A stretch of 64,000 bases of DNA from Cyanophora paradoxa CCMP329 (taxonomy: Eukaryota; Plantae; Glaucophyta). The position numbers and the translations under genes were made by a program. Shown piece by piece: positions 23,331-33,724 of the stretch. Numbering within the stretch: the stretch's first letter is position 1; each line of letters opens with the position of its first letter. The notes under the pieces are model-generated. The model ran no database searches. It was not told the origin of the DNA and saw only the letters and a program-made list of their open reading frames with translations. The DNA is taken from positions 62,001-126,000 of the forward strand of contig QPMI01000514.1 in the NCBI GenBank assembly GCA_004431415.1, in the 5' to 3' direction.

Positions 23331-25715
23331 TGGGGGCTGCTGCGTTGGGCTTCGACTTTTTAGCTCGTATGCCTGGGGACGAACGCTGCGCTCTTGCCCG
23401 AACCCCTGGACAAGCACGCCATCGTTTGCCTCGGCTTGCGCGTACGGCCTCCACTCTCTTGTAGTGGGAAGCGCCTATGCGGCAGAGCTTAGCAATACGA
23501 ACCGCATGGTTCATGCCTTTCCACCCGCCACTGCGCCTTTCCTGCTTACGGACCTGGCGCACCACTCTTTCTGTAGTGGGAAGCGTCCGCCAACCCGTCT
23601 ATTGAGCCGCATGCGCTCACAGTCATCTAAACGTGCCGCGGCTGCGCTCAAGAGCAAATGCTGATGCAGCCCGCGCGCATGTCGAGTGAAACTGTATTGC
23701 ATTGTATCGGGGGACGACACCACAACGTACTACTAAATGTATTGTATGTGGAGCAACACCCTCTACATCTACACACGTCGTCATACCGATCGAATTGCGT
23801 GTTGACGCCGATCGAATGATGATCTTCTTGTCGCCGTGGCATGTCGTTTCTTCTCTGGTCCACGTGCAGTGAGACGTATGATGATAAAAGCTGTCTGAAT
23901 GAGTATTCTTCATGAACATACCTTCTTCTCGTCGTCGTCTTGTTTTGTCGAGTTGCCCGCATGCTCGTGACATGCCAGGCTCGCAAGGCAGCTATGAAGC
24001 GCCGGTCAATCAATCTTGTCTCTCTGCAGAAAGTACAGAGTCAGCCCGCCAAGACGTGAATGCCCTGGGATAACATGGCCCCAGTCCGCGCCCGAGGTCT
24101 CACCTACGACGGCTGCGATGGCACCTCCGGCTAGCCCGAGGCACGCTCAATGGTGGCGAGTGTATCTGAAGAACGCATGGAGTCAAACCGCTGCGACGTG
24201 AAAGCCCCTGGGATAACATGGCCCCAGTATGCGCCCGAGGTCTCACCTACGACGGCTGCGGTGGCGCCTGCGGACCGTCCGAGGCACGCTCAGCGGCGGC
24301 GAGTGGCATCCCTCGTGAGGATCACTCCACTTGACTCCACCCTGCATCCAGAGGACGTGCGGCTCCGCGTCTCTCTCGGCTCTGCGGGTTGCGTACGCGT
24401 CAGTGGAAGCCGGCGCAGCTCCACTTGACAGCGATCTCTATGAAAGGAAGCGCATCTATCTGTTGTCAAGTCTACCGTGCGCGCTGTCGCACCGAGAAGG
24501 CAGACAAGATGCCAAGACCTTGCCCTGGCTCCGACGACGTAGCTGCCCTTCTCCGGGACGTCCAGCTCGTCAAGCCAGATGTCAGTCGCTTCACGCACAT
24601 CTCCAGCGTGTGCGGACTGTCGTTCTTTCCTGTCGTGGGCGTTTGATCAGCGACCGAGGCCTGTTCAGCGGGCGGAGGTCTGACCGAGGCCTGTCCGGCG
24701 GGCGAAGGTCAACAGAAGCGTACAGGATGCGCTCTGGGACGTCCTACGACGACGTGAGCAGCCATAGCTAAAGTTGGACGGCGGACAGCGGACCTGTCTG
24801 TTGAGGAGCGTCAGCAAGCAGCACTGGGTGATGCCCCGCGACCAGTCTTCTTGCCTACGACTATCACGCGAGCACCGATGATCATTCCGGGCCGCGCTGA
24901 TGCTGTCTCCTGTCCCGCGATGGTGGCCTGCCTAAGCCCCGGCTACGCGCTGCATCTGCGTACGCCGGCGGACTCGATGGCTGTATCCGTGGTTTGCCAT
25001 CCCGTCCGATCGTGGAGGATCCTTGGCGATGGGTCTGTATGATGCAACCAGTGGCCTGCCGCTGCTGTGGAGCCTGACCCCGTGCGACTGGCTCGCCGCC
25101 TCTACTCTTCATGGCTTGCCTGCTCTACGCGTACGCGGCTGCACACGCTACTGTGCTGTCCGATCGCCCCGCCTCGTGACTCCGCTGGCCGAGTCACTTG
25201 GCAACGCAATGCGCCGAGCTTGGCCCGCAACGTTAACGCGTACTCTGCCGCTGCGGCTCTGCTGATCGAGCCTGCGGTCCTACACTTCTACATCTACACT
25301 CTATCTACACTTCTACACTGTGAAACTTTCGACCCGGCGCCGCCGCAGCCCGGCGGCTTGCGGCGCGGCGCCGGCTTCGAATTCGAGCTTAGTGCTAGCG
25401 CTAGCACTCGTTTTCCCCTCCGGCGGGATTTAGAGGGTTTGCCCCCGGTTGGCTGGCGGCGCTCCGCGCGCTCTGGCGTCAGGTCGTGGGTCCCTCACCC
25501 AACTTCCCTTGTTGGGCCCAGTTCCTCATACTGGTGCCGACGGCCTGATGGATTTTAATTTGCCCCTCCGGCCCGCCCGCTGTGGCGCCGAGGACGGCTT
25601 TCTGTGCAGGGACGGTAGCCGGCTTTTGGCTTGTAGTCCGTTCAGCCTCGCCTACACAGCTTTAGTTCAGCCTTTAGCTCGTAGCGCCGAGGACGGCTTT
25701 TTGTAGCGGGAAGCG

Positions 25716-26064
25716 TGTGCTGCCCACTTTCCGACTCCCAGCTAGCCCTGGTCGTCGGCTCGAAGCCGGCAGCTTGCCTTGCCTTGTACCCTTTGTAGCC
25801 TGCTATTCCTGGTGCCACGTTGTTGCCAACTGGCCCGCTTATTTTAGCCCTGGGCCCTCGCTTGCCCTGCGCGGCGCTTGCTTGCTGTCTTGTCCCTGTT
25901 CTCTGTACTTACTGTCTTACTATCTGTCTTACGCTGGCTCTGCGCCTGCTGTGTACGTAATGGCACCCGCTTGCCGTCGCCCTACGGTGCTGTACGGGCC
26001 TGTCCCTCTCTGCTTGGGGCGCCTCTGGGCCTAGCCAACTGCTTAGCGCATCCCGCTCAGCGCA
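25716..26064 (+). repeat. 3' LTR
   Basis: Direct repeat of 22982-23330. Confidence 0.93.
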
Positions 26065-26430
26065 CTCCCGACTCCCGAGTCCGACGGTCCCGACTCCCGA
26101 GTCCCGACTCGGCGAGTCGACGGCGACTCCGCCGGGCCGGTGAGTCCGGTCCCGCCGCTCGCCGAGTCGGCCCGGCGGCGGCCGCCGGCCGGGCCGCGCG
26201 CGAGTCCCGACTCCCGACTCCCGACTCCGCCGGCGGCCGATCCCGATCGCGAGCTGCGACTCAGCCTGCGACTCGCGGCGAGTCCGAGTCTCCCGAGTCC
26301 CGACTCGGCGACTCCCGAGACTCCCAACTCGACACGCGCGCGTACGAGCTCGACGTCGACCTCCCGCTGAGGCTCCCGGGAGTCACCGACTCGGTGAGTC
26401 CCGGCGCCCCCGGGGCCCGGGCCTCCCGGA
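26065..26430. repeat. GACTC/GAGTC word array that is the LTR element's target (continues from ~22955-22981)
   Basis: Many ccgactccc/gagtc units on both sides of the LTR element. Confidence 0.7.
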
Positions 26431-27314
26431 GTCCCGCGGCCGGCCGCGGCCCGCGGCCCGAGCGCTAGCCTACCGGTATACTAGTACGCCGTGACCGTCG
26501 GACGTAGCGGTGCAGGCTGCAGCCTAGGCCTGCAGCCTGCAGACTTACTATAGCTACCGTAGTACGGGCCGTACGGCACACTATACGCGTAGGCACTACA
26601 CACTATACACGCGTAGGGCCCGGCGGCCTTAGCCCGATAATAATACGTATACGCGTGCGTGCACGAGCAGCCACAGCGCATGCAGAGTTCGCCTCTCGAA
26701 GTACTATAGCTAGTGTGTAAGGGTTCTAGAGCGCAGCGGGCTCTCGCGAGCTCGATCGATCTCGCCGAGTATACGTGCACGTGTACGTATTAGTCGACTC
26801 GGCGTTAACGTTGTACTGTTCTTGCACACTCTCAAGAATATTGCCTGAAGAAGGTTCGTTAACATTCGCTATCCGATTATCATACGTATACTATGCAGTG
26901 GAATGCACCTGCATGCGCAGGCACAGCGAACCTTAAGCTTATATAATAATTACGTCTACCTGACAGTATATCTAGTAGAAGCTTTAGTGCCCACCACGCG
27001 TACGTATACGTATACATATAGGCCTGGGGAGCTCGAGCCTCGGAGCCGAATACATGTACACCGCGTCCACCCCTGCGCGCGTGCGCGTGCCGTCGACGTC
27101 GACGTGGGGCTGACACGCGTACGGTGTATTGGCCGTCGGGCGGACGTCGGATCCGTCGAGCTCCTGGCCTTATTAGCTGTAGCTAGGGCCCTAGCCTCTA
27201 GGGGCCGCAGTGCCGCGGCGCTAGCGCTGCGGGCACCTCGAGCTCGATCCGACATTAATTAACACTGCAGCGCGCTTTGTGAATCGCACCGCCAGATAAC
27301 GCTGCAGCTTCACG

Positions 27315-30300
27315 ATGAGCACCGACCCTAGGAGCCCTTTCAAGGCGCTGTAAGCGGCGCTGCACCGGATAAACTTGCGACGATATCCTGACACCGGGCT
27401 GAACGCCGCGATCGCAGAGCCGATGTCCCGAAATCCTATGTCAACGTCGCTGCGTACCGAGACGCGTCCGCTTCCTCGACGAGGGACGACTCCGGCGGAA
27501 TCTACGAATACAAAAATCAATCCTACATTTGGTCACCCGACCTCGCCGTCAGTGCGCACGCGTAGGCGTTTAATAATTTGCGCGCTTTGACAGATCGGAG
27601 CTCGAGGCAACTACTAAGACTGTGGTCGCTGCAGATAACACGCTGGCGGGGTCACAGCCAATCGATCCAACGACTGGCGCCAACGCCGGAAGGACGGCGA
27701 TGTTCTTTGAGAGCAAGACTGTATATCACGACTTTCGGCCGTCCTGGACCGTCGACTTGAAAGTAAGAATCCATGTGAAGCACTTCAGTATATTCGCACG
27801 CCAGCCAGCTAACGGCTGCCTTATTCCAGCACGACTACCCTATCGAGAAGCTCGAGATTTACACTGTACGTTGTTGTTTTCCGGCTGATCATGAGCGGCG
27901 TGGCTGTTTGAGCCTAGGCCTGGGGATGAGTCGTTTATTATATAAATTATTAATATTATTACTTCGAATTCGAATTCACAGCCGGACTTCAAAGGCTTAG
28001 CTAATCCATATTGCGGCGATAATGCCAATTGCAATGCATACTCCGAGCTGCCAGCGGTCTACGTTACGCTTCTCCACGACGGTCAAACGGTGCGCATGCG
28101 TCAATCTGATACATATGTCATGATATATGTAACGCTCGTGTCCGCCAGGTGAAGGAGTCCTCTGTCGCTCTCACTTCCGGCACGAAACCCGCCGGTACCA
28201 CCGGAAGTGACACGAACTTCACGAGTCTCTCACATAAGGTCTCCGAGCTCAGTACTCCGGGACTGGTCGGTAAGCATACTTAAGGCTTCGACTTTGAACT
28301 ATAGCTAGTACTTGTTGCGCAGTTATGGCCTGACGCATATTGCACAGCGGACAAGATCCAGATCGCTATCCTTGGCAGCGATACGGGTGCGTTAAGCTGA
28401 AGAAAAACGTATTTCGCGATCGATCGCGAAGCTCGACGCCCCGAATCTGACGCGAATGGCCGGTTGGATCGCGCGCTCGCCGTTGTCTGCAGCTCCTATC
28501 CGGCTTACGGAAGTCAAGGCTCTGTGTGCGCGCGTTATGTTCACAAGCTTTTTAAGCATGTATCTACGTCTATGTGGACACTGATGCCTCGTACGCGTCG
28601 ACATCGCAGCACTGGACATCAACAACGTCGCTCTGGGCAAGCCGGCGACATCGACGGGGATCATCCAGAACTCGAGCGCGGCAATGGGCCCCGATTGCCT
28701 GACCGGTGCGTTCTAACTAGTACTGGAATTAATAATATTGCCGTATATATAAATATATATGTAGCTAGGAGATCGCGCATTGCAAAATTGAATGCCCGGC
28801 AGTACTAGTGTCCATACGCGTACGTATACGCGGGTCGCGACTTATTATGATATGGCGCAGATGGGAAGCTCGACGGGAGCGACGATTACCTTCACGCCGA
28901 GGCTACTTCCGCGAATCTCTCGCAGGCGCAGGTATCTGTGGACTTGCAGGTGAGCGCATGACGCGAGCGAACGCAGCGTCGCCGACGTGTATATAGTTGA
29001 TTAGGCGCCCAAACCGCGTCCGCGCAAGGGAGCGGGCGCGGGGTTTCCAGCTTTGGAGCGCAGATCTAGAGCGCTCACGGAATCTCCGTGCGCAGAAAGA
29101 CTACCTGATTTCCGAAGTCCAGCTGCACATGCCCTACGAACCGAGTGCGCACGCGCGTGCACGCACATGGGGATGTCGCCGGAACTTGAAGCAATTCTGG
29201 GTTAATAACCTATATATATTGCAGTTGACTTGAGGAACTTCAAGATCGAAGTTCTGAACGATGGCAATGTGGTGCGGGCCGATCCAATCCATTTCGAATT
29301 TTCTAGGTTCGTGAATTAAAATTGCTCTCGATTGCTCGCAGGTGCATGAGTCTAGCGGCATCGGGCTGGCAACCCCAGATCTCTCTACGGGGTACATCAA
29401 CGCTTTCTCGTACAAATTACCGTCGTTTGCCGAAGGTGCGTTACCCGGTCTAGTCTTTATCTTGGCATTCGCTCTAGATCTTGCAATTGTTAACATGCAA
29501 CGAACCGGGGGCGTCTGCCGCTAATTCTGCGTGCGCACCGCGCAGGAGACACGGTCAGAATCAGTGCGGCAAACGTTGGGTACGGAGGCGACGGTGCGCT
29601 GCCGTAAGAATTCGCGCTTAACTTAAAATATTTGAGCTCCAAGGCTCCCATTTATTTCTGCGTCCCGCGGCCGCGGTCGAGAGTGGGCTTGCCTAGACGA
29701 GACGCGCACATTCACACGTGCGCACAAGGTAATTAAGCCCACGTTGACATAGCGTGCGCATGTGCGCATGCGCAGGAACGTCGGTCCTGAAAATGACTGA
29801 AGTGCGAGTGGCTGGCTCCGGTACGTAAAATATACGGCCGGCGCCTCTGCAATGAACAGCGCCGCGGTGCCAGAGGGAAAACGCTATAGCTAACGCGTTC
29901 CCGCGTCTCCTGGCGTGCATGCGCACAGAGCGGATGAACCTTGCGAAGGGAATGCCCGTCAAGGCGTCCAGTTTCTGTGCGTTGAGTCGATCTCTGATGT
30001 TAATCCGACCGCTTCCGTTAGCACTGACACGGAACCTCGTTGTAATTAGATGCGGCAGGAGAGAGTGAACCCGAGAAGGCTGTCGGTGATCACGCGCCCG
30101 GGCCCCATGATCACGATCAGCGCTTCGAATTCCTGCATGTGCTCTGATCGTGTCCTCACGCATGCGCACGCGCATGCTTCTCCGCTCCGTGGGCCAGACG
30201 GGCTCGGTCTGCACGGCAAGTACTACGGCGTCGTGTCGGGAAGCAAGGTCTACAACACCTGGCACAGCCAGAGCGACACTTCTGTCAGCGGCGGGACCTG

Positions 30301-31334
30301 GATTGAGGTGGACCTCCAGGTCCGCGTCCCGAGTTCTAACTCGCCAGCTGCAGTCGATCGCGACCATCACATGTGTGGCGATTAATTATATAAACGCAAT
30401 CGCGCATATATCGCCTGATCGATGCCGCGTGCAGAACGACAGCTTGGTCGAAGAGATTCACATCTACAATGTGCGCACATCCTTGTCGCAATTAAGTAAT
30501 TAAAATGGAAGGATAAGCGGCTGACATATATTCAGCGCTCGGACTCCTCCGACTACAGCAAGCGCCTGAACAACTTCAAGCTCGTCGTGTACAAGGACGG
30601 GGTTGTAGTGCGCAATCATGCAGCTGCGATCACGAGATTTAGCCATATATAGATATATATAAATATCTAGGCGTGCACGTAGTCGGCTGCGATCCCTTGT
30701 GATGTGCGCGCAGAAATACGAATCGGGCCTGATCACGCCGGACTTCACGGCTACGGGCGCGAACAAGCCCAACGGATTCTGGACCAATGGGGCCTACACG
30801 AACCTCTTCAAGTTCGCTGTCCCCAGCCAGACGGTCGGTGCGCAATTAATCTGCAAGCACGATTATGACGCTTGGGCTGCTTCCCTTCTCAAATGAAAGG
30901 CACCCTGCCCAGGCGACAAGGTTCGAATCGTCAAGCCGAGCGGGGGTGTTATGAACTTCGGCGAGCTGGAAGTTATTGGTGAGACTATCGATATCAGCAT
31001 ACACACGCGAAATTGAATAGTTTCCTCACAATTGCAACCTGGCAGGCGTGCACATGCCGGCGGGGGCGACGAGCAGGAGTGTGAGTCTGCTCGACGCCGA
31101 GGAGCAAGTGCTGCTCTTGCAGGTGCTCGAGCTCGCGCCTCGCTGCACGGAGGGGGGCCGACGCCGGCGGCGACGTCGGCCCGGCCGGGCGCGCAGGCGG
31201 AGGAGGAGGCGGAGGCGGACGAGGAGGTGCTCGCCCACGAGCTCGCCGACTCGGAGGAGGCGGCCGCCGCCGAGCTTCTCCAGGGCGGGGCGCTCTGCGA
31301 GGATTTCGACGGCCTCCTCCCCGCCGATGCTTGA
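27315..31334 (+). CDS. Protein with three tandem F-type lectin/discoidin (F5/8 type C-like) domains and an acidic C-terminal tail (multi-exon)
   Basis: Domain starts YVNVAAYRDASASS, NNVALGKPATST and MNLAKGMPVKASS. Cores PSWTVDLK, AQVSVDLQ and TWIEVDLQ|NDSLVEEIHIYN|RSDSSDYSKRLNNFKLVV. Ends LTEVKAL, MTEVRVAG and FGELEVI|G. Start MSTDPR (27315) is tentative; stop TGA at 31334. Confidence 0.8.
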
Positions 31335-32002
31335 GCTTAATCGCGATCTCGAGAGGCATATATAGAAGGCATAGGCATAGCTATAGGAGTGCGCACGCGC
31401 ATTGCGACGGCCGTTGATCATGATGGCTGCGCGGGCCGCGCGGCGGCGTGGAGCTTATAACTCAGACTGAAAGACGGAAAATGCATATTACGTATACGTA
31501 GTGAATTCGAACGTTTTGAGAACAAGAACGATCTAGAAGGTTTGGAAACTTGGGGAGCCCGTGTGTGAAGAGAAGATAAAGCGATGGCGAGAGGCCGCTA
31601 GCGCTGTAGCTTGGGGCACGCCTGGAGCGCCGTCGACGTCAGCCCTAGTCCTGCGCATCTTTCAAGCCTTCCGGATCCAAGCCTGGAAGCCCTCCAACAC
31701 GCCCTTCAAGGCTTGCCATCTTCCTCCCCGCTCAAGTTCTCCGATGCGCGCCCCAACCGCACGGCCGAAATATATATAGACGACTCCCGGAGTCCTGTCC
31801 TCCGTTTCGTGTCACAGTGCCCCCCGATGGCGACCCCGCCGGCCCCTCCGCCCCCTTGCATTGCGTATGCGCTCAGCCATACGCACGGATAGATTCGGGG
31901 GACGGGGAATAGGGGCGCGTATCAGGACGGGCTACTATGCTAGAAATTGAAGGCTGCATGGAAAGGGCTCGGCGGGCACGCCAGGGGATCGGGCGCTCCG
32001 GC

Positions 32003-33658
32003 CTACTCGATGGTGATCTCCTGCGGCGCGGAGGCCGCGGCGGAGGAGGCGGAGGAGCCCATCCCGCCCTCGACCCTGCCGCCCGCTTCAGAGCCGAGGG
32101 CGGAGGGGCGGGGGGGAAGAGGTGAGGGGGGCACCGGGTGAGGACGAAGACGGAGGTGCCGACGCCGCGCCCGATGCGCATGTCCTCGTCGAGGAACGTC
32201 GTGTCGAGGTACGTGTTCTGGTTCCCCGCGGAGCTCGAGATGGGAACCTGCGTGCGGGGGGGTACAGGAGCTCAGCGGCGTTCCGGGGGGTACTGCGCGT
32301 TGACTCGCTCGCCTGGAGGGGGGGAAGGAAGGAGAGGGGCCGGCCGAGGACTTTGCCGGGGGTGAGCTTCGCCCGCTGGAACGCGACCTGCGGGCGCGTT
32401 GGTACCCCCTGCGAGGAAAGAGGCATACCCCCTCGCGCCGCGCACCTGGAGGCGTACGGGGGATACCGCCTCGACGGACGCGTCAACGCTGAAAGTGCTG
32501 CTGGTGCCGCTGAGGGCGTCTGCAAGCGAGGGAGGGGGGTGCGGGATCAGCCGGCGCGGACGAGCGGGGCTGGGATGCAGGGGGTACATCTCACCGAAGG
32601 GGGGAAGGCCGGAGAGCTCGGCCACGTTCGTGAGGGTCTGGCCGTCGTAGGACTGGAAGACCTGGGGTAGGGGAAATCACTCGGAGCACGTGGGGCGCCG
32701 AGAGGGGGGTACAGCTAATCCGGACCTCGCCGAGCTGGAGGGCGGGGATGCGGGCGAGGAGCACGACGTCGAGCGAGTTGGTGTCTGGGGGGTATCAGCA
32801 ACGGGCGGCGGGGCGGGTACGCTGGCGGCGGCGCACAGACGAGGCGCCAGTTGCCCTTCAGGAGCTCGATGCCGGGCTCCTCGGTCGGCGCCGGCGTCGG
32901 ATTCATCGCCTGCAGGATACCCCTCAGAGCCGCAGGCGGGGTGGGGGCGTCGCGTGAGCTCGCCTCGAGGCGCGTGATCTTCTCGTCGATCTGCTTGCGC
33001 GTCTGCTCGTCCGAGACGAGGAAGCCGCGGTTCGTGCCGGCAACTGCCGTAGCCCGTAGCGAGTGTCAGATAAAAGACTGATTGATGGAGAGGAGGCGGA
33101 CGCGGCGCGCACCGATTGACAGGAGCTCCTTCTTCACTGTGGCCACCTCGTCGGCGGACGCCCGCACGCACACACTGCGACGGGCGCGTTAGATGAGGCA
33201 GTGCTCGAACTGCTCGGGACACAAATGATCCTAGAAAAACCGGCCGAGGGCGCCGAAGCCGTCCCGGCCGTGCGCCGGCCGCCGGTTCGGTCGCCGCATC
33301 TAGAAGCGCAGGACGCCAGGGGGCGCAGACCGCCCTGGCCATTGCGCATAGCTAAATCCGCGCTGTTAGATCCTAGGCTGGGACAGACAGCGCCGGACCT
33401 GTGCAGGGGCGCGGAAGCGCGAGGCACGCGAGGTGCCGCGTGCCTCGGCCCGGCGCGGCTGCCGCCGAAGAAGCGCTTCGCCCGGAGAACGTCGTCCGCG
33501 TTAGCTGGTGCGAACGAGTGCTGCCGCACGTGCTTGCACGGGATGGCCTGACGCTGGGCGCCCAACGGGCAGAACGCGGTGGGCGCCGACGACGTGCCCG
33601 CAGCGAGTGCTGCGCTGGAGCCACACAGAGCCGAGGCAAGAGGGACCGCGAAGGCCAT
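32003..33658 (-). CDS. Plastid lipid-associated protein / fibrillin (PAP_fibrillin) with Phe-type transit peptide
   Basis: KELLSI|VAGTNRGF...IDEKITRLE|AMNPTPAP..LLKGNWRLV|...YLDTTFLDEDMRIGRG..SVFVL. Ser/Ala-rich N-terminus MAFAVPLASA. Confidence 0.88.
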
Positions 33659-33724
33659 TTCGTGAAGTGACGGCGGGTACAGGTCCAGCTGCGAGTGCGT
33701 CGTACCCAGTCTTCCCGCCGAAAG

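Larger units (their letters stand above)
22982..26064 (+). mobile_element. Non-autonomous LTR retrotransposon, 3083 bp
   Basis: Two 349-bp LTRs (22982-23330 and 25716-26064) with ends TGTGCTG...CAGCGCA and a 4-bp TSD CTCC. PBS-like TGGGGGCT abuts the 5' LTR, and purine-rich GTAGCGGGAAGCG abuts the 3' LTR. No gag/pol ORF. Confidence 0.9.

Noticed and set aside
24053-24305. Repeat-spacer-like pattern (CRISPR-like)
   Set aside because: Only two ~110-bp degenerate copies inside a retroelement, in a eukaryotic context with no cas genes.
25020-25265. Faint resemblance to copia RNase H (…PATLTRTLP)
   Set aside because: Too degenerate to support by eye; it would need a frameshift-aware HMM search.
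27165-27235. Hydrophobic ELLALLAVARALA upstream of the F-type lectin as a signal peptide
   Set aside because: No nearby in-frame ATG or convincing splice link, and the sequence is made of palindromic words. It is not fully excluded without 5' RACE.
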